Shown piece after piece: positions 13,633 to 26,448 of a stretch of DNA of 64,000 bases. The stretch lies in assembly GCF_006345805.1 (NCBI RefSeq), contig NC_043001.1:107074001-107138000 (forward strand), given 5' to 3'. The notes below the pieces were generated by a model. That model saw nothing but the letters and a program-made list of their open reading frames with translations, was not told the DNA's origin and did not search any database. Made by a program: the position numbers and the translations under genes. How positions within the stretch are numbered: the stretch's first letter is position 1; each line of letters starts with the position of its first letter. The DNA comes from Octopus sinensis (taxonomy: Eukaryota).

Positions 13633-13849
13633 GTGTGTGTATACGTTTGTGTGTCTGTGTTTCTCCCTCAACATCGCTTGACAACCGATGGTGGTGTGTT
13701 TACGTCCCCGTAACTTAGCGGTTCGGCAAAAGAGATCGATAGAATAAGTACTAGGCTTAACAAAGAATAAGTCTTTGGGTCGATTTGCTCGACTAAAGGC
13801 GGTGCTCCAGCATGGCCACAGTCAAATGACTGAAACAGGTAAAAGAGTA
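12163..13849 (+). mobile_element. SINE family A copy split by the mariner insertion in its TA tract
   Basis: 5' half at 12163..12331, 3' half at 13576..13849. Confidence 0.85.
12332..13575 (+). mobile_element. Full-length mariner (DD34D) transposon with disrupted transposase
   Basis: TIRs caaggggcgttcaataagtaatgcctctgacccactt / aagtgggtcaggggcattacttattgaacacccctcg and TA TSD. ORF from ATG 12495 has stops at 12543 and 13050 and a frameshift near 13325. Motifs WIPRLL, TQDETRVH, LLQDNAPVH, SPDLAPSDFHLF. Confidence 0.93.
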
Positions 13850-14889
13850 ATGAAGAATATGCAAAACGCCACAAGTGCAAGTGTGAAAAACAAAATTGGA
13901 ATTTTGAAAAGAAAGATGCATTTTCAGACGTTAAAAATGTATAAATGGAATATTTTTTTTATTGAAGAAATGCATAATGGAATAAAATCACTTGTTTTCC
14001 CTTTTGTGTACCATATAACAACTGTTTGTCACAGAAGCACCTTGGGTCAAGTAAAATTTAATTTGACGGGAATTATATCAGGTAAAGTATGAATATATTA
14101 TGTCATGCATAAAAAAAATTCTTACAATGTGGCAAAACTACGAAAATAACTAGGATCAGGGCTTTATGAACGCCATATAAAGCCCCCATAAAATTATATA
14201 TATTTTTTGGAATTTCCAGACAATTTTTGCGAATTTGTATTCTACACACGGGACTTCATACGATTATGCAAAAACAAAAAAAATTGTAGGGGTGCGTGAT
14301 TTAAGGCCCAGTTACCTGTTTTAGCACACTTCACAACCACCTCAATGACAAAAAGGAAAAAAAAAAAAAACGAGTAAACAACACGTATTTTATAGTTTTA
14401 AGCAGTCAATATGCATTTAATGCGATAAGCAGCACATTACAAACCAAATATTTCTCAAAATAAGAAACTTATAGCACAAAGTTAAGATTTATCTGAAAAC
14501 AAAATAGCGCATTACAAATTGAATACTAAAAAGTAAACATTTCCTATCTTAACTGGATAACGGAGCAAGTCCTTTGCATGAGAGTAGGACAAACCCCACC
14601 TAGGACAAAACCCTCATAGTTAAAAATGGGAAAGTGGACAAAACACCCCCCGGTTATATTTTTCGGTTATTTTTCGTTTTTTTTTTCCCCCTTGTTTCAG
14701 TCAATAGTCGGTGGCCATACTGGAGTACAGCCTTGAAGATTTTTAGTTGAACGTATCGACCCCAGAAATTTTTTACTTTTTTACATGCTGCAGTTATTAG
14801 ACTGCGACCATACTGGGGCAACGCACATGGCGGAGACGTAACGGACCCCTCCCCCACTTAAAGCAAAAAAAAAAAAATTACGGAGTTCA

Positions 14890-15755
14890 CATTTTCGGTC
14901 AGAGGGACTGCAAGTTGGTGTCTACATTCCTTCAGGAGACTAGCGGGGAATCTATCAGGGCCTACAGCAGAGTAGTATTTGACCTCATTTATTGCTACTA
15001 CGATGTCAGTGGCAGTGAAGGTTATGTCTGAGATTTTATGTTGGGAATCAACTTCGTTCGCTTCTCTTACGTCAATATCAGTGGGAACACTAAAGACAGA
15101 GCAGTATTGTTTCTGCAGTATTTCTGCCATTTCTTTAGCATCGTGTTGGGGAATGCCGTTATCATCAATCAATGGCCCAATGGGGAGACAGTGGTTCTAT
15201 GCTTATTTGCATAAGAATAGAACACTTTTGGGTTCTGTTTTTATGTTTTTGATTACCCACTGTTCCTCCACAGCTCTTTGATTTTCAATGGAGGTTTTCA
15301 TGTCGGTCTGCAGATGAAGTTTGTCCAGCTCTAGCCTTTTCATTGTTGTTGAATGTGGATGTTGTGTGTGGGAATATTTTAATTGGCTGATTTTTTTGTT
15401 GAGTCTTTTGATGCGCCTGATGAGTGTTTTTTTTCTTTTTAGGGAGCCGGTTTCTGTTTGTGTTAGTAGATTTCTTTGGAGCGTATTTAGAGCATGTATA
15501 GGTGACAATGTTTTCAAAGTGCTGCCACGCGGTCTCAATATGAGGGGAATTGAGAGTAAAAGACCAGTCGATGGAAGACAGATCCTTTCTGATTGTTCCC
15601 CAGTCCGCTTTGTGGAGGTTTATGTTGTCAAATGGGTGCCATGGAGTGGGATTGGTTGGTTTGGTTTTTATATGTCGGGAATTAAAATTGCAGAGTACCA
15701 TGTCGTGGTCTGAGAGGAGAGTTTTTTCAACTGAAATACTGTGAACGAAGCTAGT
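14890..15755 (-). mobile_element. Fragment of the same CR1/L2-group LINE family as 4437..8050
   Basis: LSDHDMVLC, INLHKADW, AEILQKQYCSVFS and SAVGPDRFPASLLKEC match the + strand copy. Confidence 0.8.
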
Positions 15756-15759
15756 GTTT

Positions 15760-16933
15760 AGTGCGTGCCCTCTGGGGTGACTCAATCCTGTTGATATAGT
15801 AATAGAAACTAATACTATGGAGAGCATCCAGCAAATAGCTAACTCCATCCACCAGAGTATTAAGGTCACAATAGACTACCCCACTAAACACCCCAACCAT
15901 AGACTACCAGTACTAGACACCGAACTCTGGCTAGAAATTGTGAATAATAAAACCCAAATCCTTCATTCATACTATGCCAAACCTATGGCCTCAAAATACT
16001 TGATCCACCGGAACTCAGCCATTGCGGACAATGCCAAATTCAATATTTTGATGGCAGACCTCGTCAGAATAATGAGAAATGTGTCACGCATGTGCGAGCC
16101 TACAGAGTTAAAGAGACACATACAATATTTCATTCACCGCATGCAGTTCTCAGGTTACAGCCATAAAGAAAGGATCAGAGTATACAAAGGAGCCATTAAG
16201 AAATTTGATAATATATTATGTAATGATAGGAATGGGATTTGCCCACTCTATAGGAACAAGTCATGGAACACTATAGAAAGGACAGAAAAGAAAATAGGGA
16301 AGGCCAACTCTTGGTATGATAGCCATAAATACCAGAATGTCATGTTCGTTGACACCACCCCTGGAGGTGAACTGGCGTACCGCTTTAGAAGGACCCTAGA
16401 CAAACTTAAGCTAAGAATTAAGGTTGTTGAAAAGCCAGGCAACCCTATCAAATCTATAATTGGTAGAACTTATCCTTTTAGTAGAACCCCCTGTACGGAT
16501 AAGTACTGTACTGTATGTAGATTTAGCCCACAAACAAACTGTAAAGCCAGAAATGTAGTCTATAGTATAAGATGTATAGAGGGACGATGCAGTAACAAGA
16601 CAACGACATACCTAGGGGAAACGGCAAGAAGCATAGGAGAGCGGGTAAATGGGCATTGGAGACAACTCAAGGAAGGTAAAAGCTCATTGATTATGTACCA
16701 ACACGCCGAACAGGAACACGGGGGATCAATCAATAACATAGAAATTAAAATATTATCCACACATAGATCAGATGCAACAATTAGACAAATCACAGAAGCT
16801 ACACACATAATAGAAAATAAACCTAGCCTGAATAGAAAACTAGAATGGAGCACTAACACACACCACAACATATGACGATAGAGGATCCTGAAAACACAAT
16901 AAATACACAGATAAATAAACTAATAGAAATAAA

Positions 16934-16974
<41 letters not shown>

Positions 16975-17470
16975 TTATTCTTTATTTCTTTCTTTTTTTT
17001 TTCGATATTATTATTTTTTTTCGATTCGATTTATTATTATTATTACTAGTATTGTTGTTATACATACAAGCATATGTAATGATAATAATAAGTGGATGTA
17101 AACACACGAACAAAATAAGAATAAACAAAAACAGCAAAAACAAAATACAAATTACATGAACATATATAAATAGAAGATACAAATATTACAGGCATCCCCC
17201 CACATACACACACTAAATAAACATAAACGCACATAGAGATATAAGCAAATGAAGACATACAATAGAAATACAAAATGGCTGACGGTTAGTAAGAGAGACA
17301 CAAATAAGAAAGAAGAAAACAAAGGACCACTGATGCGGTCACAAGAGTGTGACGAAAGAACTCTGGCCGAAATAAGATTAAGGTTAATGTAAAAAATAAA
17401 TAACACTGAAGCAAAATAACACCAAATATATAGTGCGTGTGTTTTTATTGGTTAAACTGGCAAAATGACC
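15760..17470 (+). mobile_element. 5'-truncated Penelope-like retroelement (RT C-terminus + GIY-YIG endonuclease) with 3' pseudo-LTR
   Basis: Uninterrupted 352-aa ORF 15817..16875: LPVLDTEL, Y.KP, Zn linker CTDKYCTVC, NVVYSIRC...YLGETARSIGERVNGH, RQITEA..I..NKPSLN; hammerhead in the 3' UTR. Confidence 0.9.
17324..17368 (+). ncRNA. Hammerhead-like motif in the Penelope 3' pLTR
   Basis: cca-CTGATGC-g gtcac aagagt gtgac-GAAA-gaac-TC-tgg; A9 altered, perfect 5-bp stem II. Confidence 0.6.
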
Positions 17471-17482
17471 ATTCCGAAATAT

Positions 17483-17746
<264 letters not shown>

Positions 17747-17883
17747 ACGACCTCGAACACACAAGTGCAAACAAGGGAGTCAGAGAAAGGCAGAATGCCA
17801 TTTATATCTGAACACTACTATAGAAATATTCCTTTAAAAAAGCTTTTCTTCTAATTTTTCTAAATTTAATCATTTAATCGTTA

Positions 17884-17921
17884 CAGTTGAAAAGGTCTCA
17901 AAATGACCGAAACTGGTACTG
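17884..17921 (+). ncRNA. Minimal hammerhead motif with U3-A8 core
   Basis: cag-TTGAAAA-ggtc tcaaaat gacc-GAAA-ctgg-TA-ctg; related copy on the - strand at 18535..18568. Confidence 0.6.
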
Positions 17922-17990
17922 AAAGATTCACTATAAAATTATCTTAGCATTTTCTATTTTTGACTTGTTTTTTCATATATATATATATAT

Positions 17991-18191
17991 TCTTTTACTT
18001 GTTTCAGTCATTTGGCTGCGGGCATGCTGGAGTACCGTCTTTTGCCGAGCAAATCGACCTTAGAACTTATTCTTTGTAATACTAGTACTTATTCTATCGG
18101 TCTCTTTTACCGAACCGCTATGTTACGGGAACGTAAACACACCAGCATCGGTTGTCAAGCGATGCTGGTGGGGGACAAACACAGACACACA

Positions 18192-18251
<60 letters not shown>

Positions 18252-18410
18252 GACGGGCGTCTTTCAGTTTCCGTCTACCAAAATCCACTTACAATGCTTT
18301 GGTCGACCCGAGGCTATAGTAGAAGACACTGGCCCAAAGTGCCACGCAGTGGGACCGAACCCGGAACCATGTCATTGGTAAGCAAGCTACTTACCACACA
18401 GGCACTCCTG
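17991..18410 (-). mobile_element. SINE family A copy (further copies at 20307..20683, 30918..31410, 42330..42685, 55603..55768 and 57340..57712, all - strand)
   Basis: High identity to the 3374..3816 copy. Confidence 0.85.
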
Positions 18411-18414
18411 TGTC

Positions 18415-18467
<53 letters not shown>

Positions 18468-18469
18468 AT

Positions 18470-18829
18470 ATGTATAAAAGGAAAATAGGACAAGATAGAA
18501 CATGTTAGAATAATTTTATCGTGAAGAACATTTTAGTACTGGTTTCAGTTACTGCGACATTTTCAACTTTAAGATCTGCTACTACCTACCTACCGAGCCT
18601 TCATAAAAGTAAAAGAGAGAGAGACAGAAAAAAAGAAAATGTCCCACCAATTTGAAAACAATGGAAATATATTTTAAAAAATATTCATATACTTTTCCCT
18701 CAATTGGATTGCACTTCTTGCTTTTGACTGAAACGGTACTAAAATGTTCTTCGTGATAAAATTATTTTAGCATTTACTATTTGTCCTATTTTCCTTATAC
18801 ATGTCAACTCGTGTGTTACTTTTCAACCT

Positions 18830-18835
<6 letters not shown>
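18470..18835. mobile_element. Inverted pLTR-like pair with spacer, between GT/CA microsatellites
   Basis: About 18470-18550 is the reverse complement of about 18727-18802; the right arm has about 30 nt of extra tail. Confidence 0.65.
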
Positions 18836-18900
<65 letters not shown>

Positions 18901-18917
18901 GCACACGCACACACACA

Positions 18918-19290
18918 TTAAAAAAACAGTGAAGGCCGGTTTATGGGATTACCTAAGGTTTCCCGTCCATAAAGGATTTATCTTTATGGCGTATCGTCAG
19001 ATCCCAAAAGCCGTTGGCCCATGACATCCTCAAAATATGGAGGGGGAAATGCCTCACTGCTCAAAGCTAGCATTTAGGGATAACCTTTGAGTAGTGAAGC
19101 GTTTTCCTCTCCATATTTTGAAAATGTAATGAGCCAACAGGTTTCTGGGATCTGCTGATACGCCATAAAGCTAAACCTTTTAAGAACGGGAAACCTAGGA
19201 TAATCCCATAAACCGGCCTTCCCCATTTTTTAATATATGCTGCTCTACATTTTAGAGTGTATTTCTTTGGGATATATGTTTTCTACAAAC
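18918..19290. mobile_element. Fold-back pLTR-like unit with about 150-bp diverged inverted arms
   Basis: 18918-19067 versus 19085-19233 reverse complement; hammerhead in each arm; extra tail on the right. Confidence 0.8.
18945..19005 (-). ncRNA. Type I hammerhead ribozyme motif (degenerate mirror copy on + at 19147..19207)
   Basis: Reverse complement gggat-CTGACGA-tacg ccataaag ataaatc ctttatgg acgg-GAAA-cc tta gg-TA-atccc: canonical core, 5-bp stem I, 8-bp helix in stem II. Confidence 0.8.
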
Positions 19291-19296
19291 GATTCA

Positions 19297-20051
19297 GGAT
19301 CTTTGTGCTTATCGCCACTGTCTACAATTTTGTTCCGATTGTTTTCAAATTTGGTATATGGATTAAGTTTTGTATACTAATTATGAAAAGGAAGTACATT
19401 TTCCCTATAAATCCATAATTAAAAGTTATTAGCCTTTAAAATTTACCAAATTTGGGTATTATAGGATTTTACGCATCACCATGAAATTCTATTAGCATAT
19501 TAAGCAAAGATAAGAGGCGAGCTGGCAGAACCGTTAGCCCGCCGGGCGAAATGCGTAGCCGTATTTCGTCTGCCATTTGCGTTCTGAGTTCAAATTCCGC
19601 CGAGGTCGACTTTGCCTTTCATCCTTTCGGGGACGATAAATTAAGTACTAGTTACGCACTGCAGCCGATGTAATCGACTTAATTCATTTGTCTGTCTTTG
19701 TTTGTCCCCTCTATGTTTAGCCTCTTGCGGGTAGTAAAGAAACATATTAAGCAAAGCAGAACCACGTGATCCATAGGTGATTGCGAAGAACGCTGTTTCC
19801 ATAGTAACTAAAGATGCTACGCATGAGCACAAAGAGTGTGACCACCAAATTCAGTGTGATCACAAAATTGAGTGTACCTGAGCATCTTTAAAACGAGGAA
19901 ACAAACGCCGGTGTAGGACACACCGTTCCATGGTTGACTCTTATCTTTGTGAATTTATGTGAAGGAGATACGAGAAAAATTACATTTATATAATGCACTG
20001 AAAAATTTGTTTAAAGACTTGGACATGAAGTGACGATGACCACAAAGATCC
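19297..20051. mobile_element. MITE copy 2, interrupted by a SINE B insertion
   Basis: GGATC...GATCC termini; imperfect 8-bp TSD acgattca/acgatata. Confidence 0.7.
19515..19742 (+). mobile_element. SINE family B with 14-bp TSD (other copies 32700..33080 -, 36325..36582 -, 38255..38459 -, 45767..46028 -, 60290..60622 +)
   Basis: Head ggcgagctggcaga...gagttcaaattcc (B box); TSD catattaagcaaag at 19496 and 19743. Confidence 0.85.
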
Positions 20052-20052
20052 A

Positions 20053-20112
<60 letters not shown>

Positions 20113-20116
<4 letters not shown>

Positions 20117-20280
20117 GGAAAGTTTACGAAAATAAACAAAAGACGAAGGCAGGTGGTGTACAAACAAACAGATGTTTTAGTATAGCGCTCAGGAATAGAA
20201 ACTCTTTTACGTTTCGAGCCTACGCTCTTCTACAGAAAGATACACAGAAAAAAACAAGGAGAGAAAAAATGTGTGTAGTA
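20113..20280 (-). mobile_element. Abundant short pLTR-like repeat with hammerhead-like motif (20203..20240); relatives at about 21460, 39600-39750, 44240-44400 and 55230-55450
   Basis: Reverse complement tcttt-CTGTAGA-a gagc gtag gctc-GAAA-cg-TA-aaaga; copies abut (TA)n. Confidence 0.6.
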
Positions 20281-20766
20281 TATACATACATACATATACA
20301 TATATATCTTTTACCTGTTTCAGTCATTTTGACTGCGGCAATGCTGGAGCACAGCCTTTAGTCGAGCAAATAATCGACTCCAGAGCTTATTCTTTGTAAG
20401 TCTAGTACTTATTCTATCGGTCTGTTTTGCCGAACCGCTATATTATGGGGACGTAAACACACCAGCATCGACTGTCAAGCGATGTATGGGGGGGGGGCAT
20501 ACACAGACACACAAACATATACACAAGCAAACGGGCTTCTTTCAGTTTCCGTCTACCAAATCCATTCACAAGGCTTTGGTCGACCCAGGGCTATAGTAGA
20601 AGACACTTGCGTAAGGTGCTACGCAGTGGGACAGAACCTGGAACCAAGTTGGTAAACAAGTTACTTACCACGCAGCCACTCCTCATATATATATGCCCTG
20701 TTTATAATTATATCCTGTTACACACACGTGTGTGTGTATGTGTGTGCGCGTGTCTGTGTATGTGTG

Positions 20767-20866
20767 NNNNNNNNNNNNNNNNNNNNNNNNNNNNNNNNNN
20801 NNNNNNNNNNNNNNNNNNNNNNNNNNNNNNNNNNNNNNNNNNNNNNNNNNNNNNNNNNNNNNNNNN
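20767..20866. other. Assembly gap (100 N)
   Basis: Run of N. Confidence 1.
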
Positions 20867-20867
20867 G

Positions 20868-21410
20868 GCATTATTACACATAAATACCACACGCTAGGAG
20901 GGACTCTTAAAGTCAAAACTACTAAAATAAATAACACATCGAACCGAATGCAACTCTCGAAGATAGTCAGAATTTAGCTGCAGATCACCGTGATTTCATA
21001 ATTAGTGCAATGATGCACTTTTTAATCATCAGTGCAAACATAATTCAAGATTTATAACGAATGAACAAAATCAACATACCAGACGAACAACCAATGTATC
21101 CGGCGTAGCATATAGAAATGTTCACCCTTTATACATCTATGTAAATGGCGGGCTTTTTCGAATTGCATTTCGGAGGGAAACGTGCTTATTCGGAATAAAA
21201 ATTCAGTACTGAATATACTCCGGTTAAATTTACAATTTAAAAATAGGATTAAATCTTTATGAGAATTTATCAAGTAGTTAGCGTGAAAAACCTTAATTTT
21301 AAGAGTCCCTCCTAGCGTGTGACATTTATGTATAGTAATGATCTCTATATGATATAAATAAATATATCTAAGTGAAAAAAATATTATTTCTATTCATTTT
21401 TCAAATATAT
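20868..21410 (+). mobile_element. Degenerate Penelope-like 3' fragment preceded by an inverted pLTR piece
   Basis: About 20870-20912 is the reverse complement of about 21298-21340; internal EGNVLIRNKNSVLN resembles the GIY-YIG C-terminus. Confidence 0.5.
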
Positions 21411-21509
21411 AATACTATACCAAGGATTTTGCATTTCTTAGTTTATTATATGTCATTGACATTTCGAGCCTACGCTCTTCGAGAATGAAAGGGATGAGAG
21501 GAAAACATG

Positions 21510-21553
<44 letters not shown>

Positions 21554-21621
21554 GGACACGGAGAGAGAAAAATGTGTCGGAATTAACGGTGTATATGTTT
21601 ATATCTATCTATCTATCTTTC

Positions 21622-21691
<70 letters not shown>

Positions 21692-22632
21692 CCTATATTA
21701 GTAATAAAAGCATACTTTATGACATATTAATTAGCAATTATATGGGCATTCGGTGCTTGACTAGCTACATCTGATGATCTGCAATACAATGAAATCATGT
21801 GATGCAGTTGTGTCATCTGCTGGTGTCGACAAAATTTCCTCAACCGATAGAAATTCGATGCTTCTTAGCATTTGCCGTCTTTCCGGAAAGATTTATCGGG
21901 ACGTCACCGCAGTCTACGGCATTATGAACTACACATCCAAATTAGATTGGATTGACTTTACTAATTATTGTATGTATACAAGTTAAGCTAAACTATTATG
22001 ATAATTAAAAGAAGTTGGGTCTTCTCCTTTTAAGATACATTGGTATATTTTGGAGAAAGCTAATCCTTACAAGGATGGATCGCACCATGTCCGTTGAGCT
22101 TGGAAAGTAATTTATATTGCTCTATGACAAATTTGTATTGAAACGCGAGACGGAGCTTTTAAATTTTTGTAGACACTTTTCGAAATTCTTAATGCACCAA
22201 AAAAACGTCGCCATGTGGCTAGCCATATGCTTTGGTAATCAGTATCAATCGTTTGGAATAAGCTTTGCTTCTCATTTATCCATCTTTTAAAATAACTCGG
22301 TTTTTGTTGGCACTTTAAATTGTTTCCTTTTTATTCCGTCTTTTACTGATCTATGTGTCACGTGTTATGTTCCTGCATTTTATGCATTTACTGCTCTCAT
22401 TATTCAAGACTTGTTACTCATACCAACCTTGTTCATTATCATTTTCACCGATAGTTTTTAGTTTATATATTTTATTATTAAAGCTCTTCGTAAATGCGAA
22501 TGTTTGTATACAACTATGTGTATTCTATTATGTATGCCCTTGAATGTAAGCACATATGGGCACATACACATATAGATATGTACCTACGTGTATATGTATC
22601 AACAAATCTTTGTTTGAATGCATGTATACATA

Positions 22633-24135
22633 TCTAGATAAAACTTAGATATGTTTCGACCAAAGATTGGTCAAGGCCATATCGAGCTTAATAACACTTC
22701 CTGATTGTATTATCTAAATCCTGTTTAAGTCAAGTTTTGTTTATGGTCCATTCAAGTAGTGAGTTCTTGCTGAGTGAGTTGTATCCAGGTATGGGTGGCT
22801 TATCTGGTATCCGTCGAAGAAATCTGTCCTGACTCCGTTTAAAGTTGATAGATTCCTTTTCCTCTTTAATCAGTTATGGGACAATGTTAAACAGGGCAGG
22901 GCCTGTTGAGGAAAAGAAATTATGTCGCAGTGTACCTATATGCTGTGATCCTGAATTGGGTAGGGGACGTATGGCCCGTGGTCCCAGTCTTGGATGAACC
23001 TTGAAACCAATGCTCATGTTGTTTGGGCAATGTTGGCGGTATATCCTCCACATGGTACAAATGATGTACCGCTCACGACGGCGCTGGAGAGAGTAGAGTT
23101 TCAAGGCTTTAAGGCAGTCCCAATAATCGAGACCTGTCATGCATTCAATTCGTTTAGTGAGTGCCCTCTAGGGTGATTCAATCCTCGAGATGTTTTGTTT
23201 TGTATGGGGAGACCACAAGGGGTAGCAGTATTCGAGGTGTGGCCGTACAAAGGAGGAGAAAAGTGGAATGATGACACCTTGTTCTCTGAACCGGAAGGTT
23301 CTTAAGATTCAGGAGCTCATCCTACGAGCTATATCGACCTTATTGTTGATGTGGGCACTCCAACTGAGATTGTTATCTACAATTACATCCAGGTCTCTGA
23401 TATTATTAGATGCCGTGAGCGGTTCCCCTGAAGGAAGAGAGTATGGCTGTTTTAGTATAGACTTTCTTCCAAAATGCATCAGCTCAAATTTTCCCTCGTT
23501 CAGTTGCATTTTGTTTTTGTCTGCCAATTGACTCACAGCATATAGATCAGACTGGAGTTGAGTGCGGTCGTATTCTTCATTGATGATTTGCTGGAGCTTA
23601 GTGTCATCAGCAAATATTTTCACTTTGCAGTGATTTACGACGCTGGAAAGGTCATTTATGCAAATTATAAAGAGGAGCGATCCACTGGTGACTTTTGCTG
23701 GGCTTGAGTGGACTCCATCGACCACAACATGTTGTGTTCTATTCGCCAGGAAATACATAATCCAGTGTAGAAGTTTTCCACAGATCCCAATTGTCGAACG
23801 CTTTACTGAAGTCAAGATATATATCAGATTTCGAATCTGTTCCCAAGGCTTTATGTATATCTTTAATGTGGTGAAAGAGCTGTGTTAGACAGTCCCTGCC
23901 ACAGCGAAAGCCATGCTGATTTGCATTTAAGAGTTTGTGGGTCTCCAGGAACTCAGCTATCCTTGATCTTACCACTCTTTCAAACACTTTAATGATGTGG
24001 GAGGTGAGCGAGATTAGGCGATAGTTTACAGCGAGGGATCTGTTTCCCCGTTTGAAAACCGAGATGACAGACTGGGATAGGAGTTGTTTCGGTATATAAC
24101 CTGAGTCTAAAGAATTTCTCCAGAAGTTAGTCACT
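22633..24135 (-). mobile_element. 3' half of a CR1/L2-group LINE (RT domain to 3' UTR); short 3'-end copy at about 10430..10556
   Basis: NYRLISLTSHIIKVFERVV, IYLDFSKAFD, IFADDTKL, LYSLQRRRER. Confidence 0.85.
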
Positions 24136-24277
24136 ATACCTGAAACGGAAACAAACAGATCATTCGGTTGTTTTGTTGTTAGTCCGCTTTTTTTATTCTT
24201 TGGACAAATACCATATATTTTATGCCTGCACGATGATTTATTAAAATAACATATTTCAATAATTATAAAATAATATG

Positions 24278-24314
<37 letters not shown>

Positions 24315-24319
24315 TCTAC

Positions 24320-25790
24320 ACACAACCCACTCAACAATTAGGCCTTCAGCACCATACTACAAAGCACAGCCCTGCTAAAGGGAGACCCAAAGATGAACTG
24401 GATCCTCGAAACACACACCATCATTAAAAGTAAACGGCAACCAAAATCCTTGAAAAGGATTTTAACCCAAGCTAAACTGCACTCAACGTCAACCACAAAA
24501 CCAGCAGTTAGAAAATGTGGAAGGCCCAACTGCGGAATCTGTGTCATCTTGGTAGAAGGTTCAGAATTTATACTAGAACAAGGCCATCAGTTCACCATTA
24601 GAGCAAACTTCACCTGTGCATCAGAAAACTTAATTTACGTCTTAACATGCGCAGGCTGCAATAGGCAATATATAGGCCATACAAAAAATAGCTTACGTAA
24701 CAGGATGGCGGTGCATAAATCACAAATTAGAAACCCTGAATACCGGAAAATACCGGTCAGCGGACACATAGATAGATGTGCTGCAAATGTAAATCCGAAA
24801 TTTACAACTTACCCACTTTACAAATTCAGTGACAGCGTAACCTTCACGCAACGCCAAAATAAAGAACTTTATTTCATCAAAAAATTTAGACCAAGTTTGA
24901 ACACCCTGGGCCAGGAATATTAAAACAAAACATTGGTCTTCCGAAAAAGAAAAACGAAATTCTACCACAACCACTACGACTGCCCCAACTCACACTACTA
25001 CTACAACCACCGTGGTCACTGTTGCTACGGCCACAGTGAGAGAATTAAAATAATGGAGGTGGGGCGAATTACAATTTCTCAGATCCTTAAACAGTCACTC
25101 ACGCTGGCAGTGGTATGTCTTAGGGAAGGAAAAATTTATAATAAGATTTCTTTCTCTGCGAGCAGATCTAATTCTGATTCGTCAAATAATTGATGACGTT
25201 TTACCTCAGTGGTCAAGCTATTGTCACCCTGCTTGGTCGATTTCCTCACAAGATACAGTTATGAGTCAGACCCGATTCGATTCGTCAAAAAATTGATGAC
25301 GTTTTTCTTCCGTGGTCAAACTTGTCGTTCCGCTTGGTTGGTTTCCTAACAGGATACAGTTAGGGGTCTTTTCCCTATATTCGTTGAGGCTGGGTTTTGA
25401 TTGGTTTGGAACTATATGATGTCAGTGAACAGTGCCAGAGACCAGGACCCACAGCTTAGCTGATATAAATCCAACAACCACAAAATTTACCAAAATTACG
25501 CCAGCAGACGCCGACCAAGAATCATTACTGTTGCTCCCATTGGAACACAAGGTAAAATCTATAATGAACTCCTCGCCTTTTCAAGAACATGGATTTTTTA
25601 TATTTGACTCTATTGAATGTATGTCACAATTATGAACTGTTCCATCATACTCTTTAAACATATAGCATGGACTCTCTTTATTATATAAAAAAATTCTTTT
25701 GATAAGGTTCGTTATTTCAAGAACCGAAACATGTAAAATTAAAATTTATCTAATATAGCGGCATTTTCAAACTTCATTTTTTTACAAATA
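24320..25790 (+). mobile_element. 5'-truncated Penelope-like element (Neptune-type GIY-YIG) with 3' pLTR hammerhead
   Basis: ORF 24393..24923: CGRPNCGIC linker, NLIYVLTCAGCNRQYIGHTKNSLRNRMAVH, KELYFIKKFRPSLN; both ends abut (TA)n. Confidence 0.88.
25692..25740 (+). ncRNA. Minimal hammerhead motif with U3-A8 core
   Basis: TTGATAA-ggttc gttatttcaa gaacc-GAAA-catg-TA; palindromic stem III ACAUGU; perfect 5-bp stem II. Confidence 0.7.
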
Positions 25791-25804
25791 TATATATATA
25801 TATA

Positions 25805-25846
<42 letters not shown>

Positions 25847-26371
25847 ATATAAAATCCGTTCTGTGTGTGTATCTTCTAGGATCTCGGGCATCCTCCATCC
25901 GATTGCGCTCAAATTTGATATGTAGATACCGACGGTATCAGGGCGTGTATATGTCTTGAAAAAAATTACAAAAATCTATTTCAGGTGAAGATGCGATCGA
26001 TAAAGCCGTAGAAACGTGATTTGTAAAATCGTTTTTCTTGGAATTGAAAAAAAAAGGCTATCTTTATTTCTTCTTTTGCTGGTGTCTCAAATTCTGAATT
26101 TGTCGCTATCGGTAGTGTTGTCTATTCTGAACTTCATATAATTGATCCTTCATGCTTGTTCTTGAGCTGCGCATCTGAGTGCTTCTCTCTCTATCTTTAA
26201 ATCACTCCTCCTCATACATAGCCACGTCTTGGCATTCACATCTCTTGCAAACTGACCGTACATTTTCTTTTCCTTCCATGCTGTTTTTTTTCTTTTGTTT
26301 ATTTCTTGTTTAAATTTCTCTTTAGTGACACAATTTTCAGTTTTGATGACGCCAGCCTTCTTGTGTTTCAA

Positions 26372-26413
<42 letters not shown>

Positions 26414-26448
26414 GTTTTAAAAGGATTGACGTAGCTCTACACAAAGGT

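Noticed and set aside
14585-14653. Three ggacaaa..ccc motifs
   Set aside because: Likely a subterminal repeat of a DNA transposon end; too short to classify.
21765-21812. CTGATGA...GAAATCATGTGATG possible hammerhead
   Set aside because: No convincing stem II, and stem I and the cleavage triplet are ambiguous.
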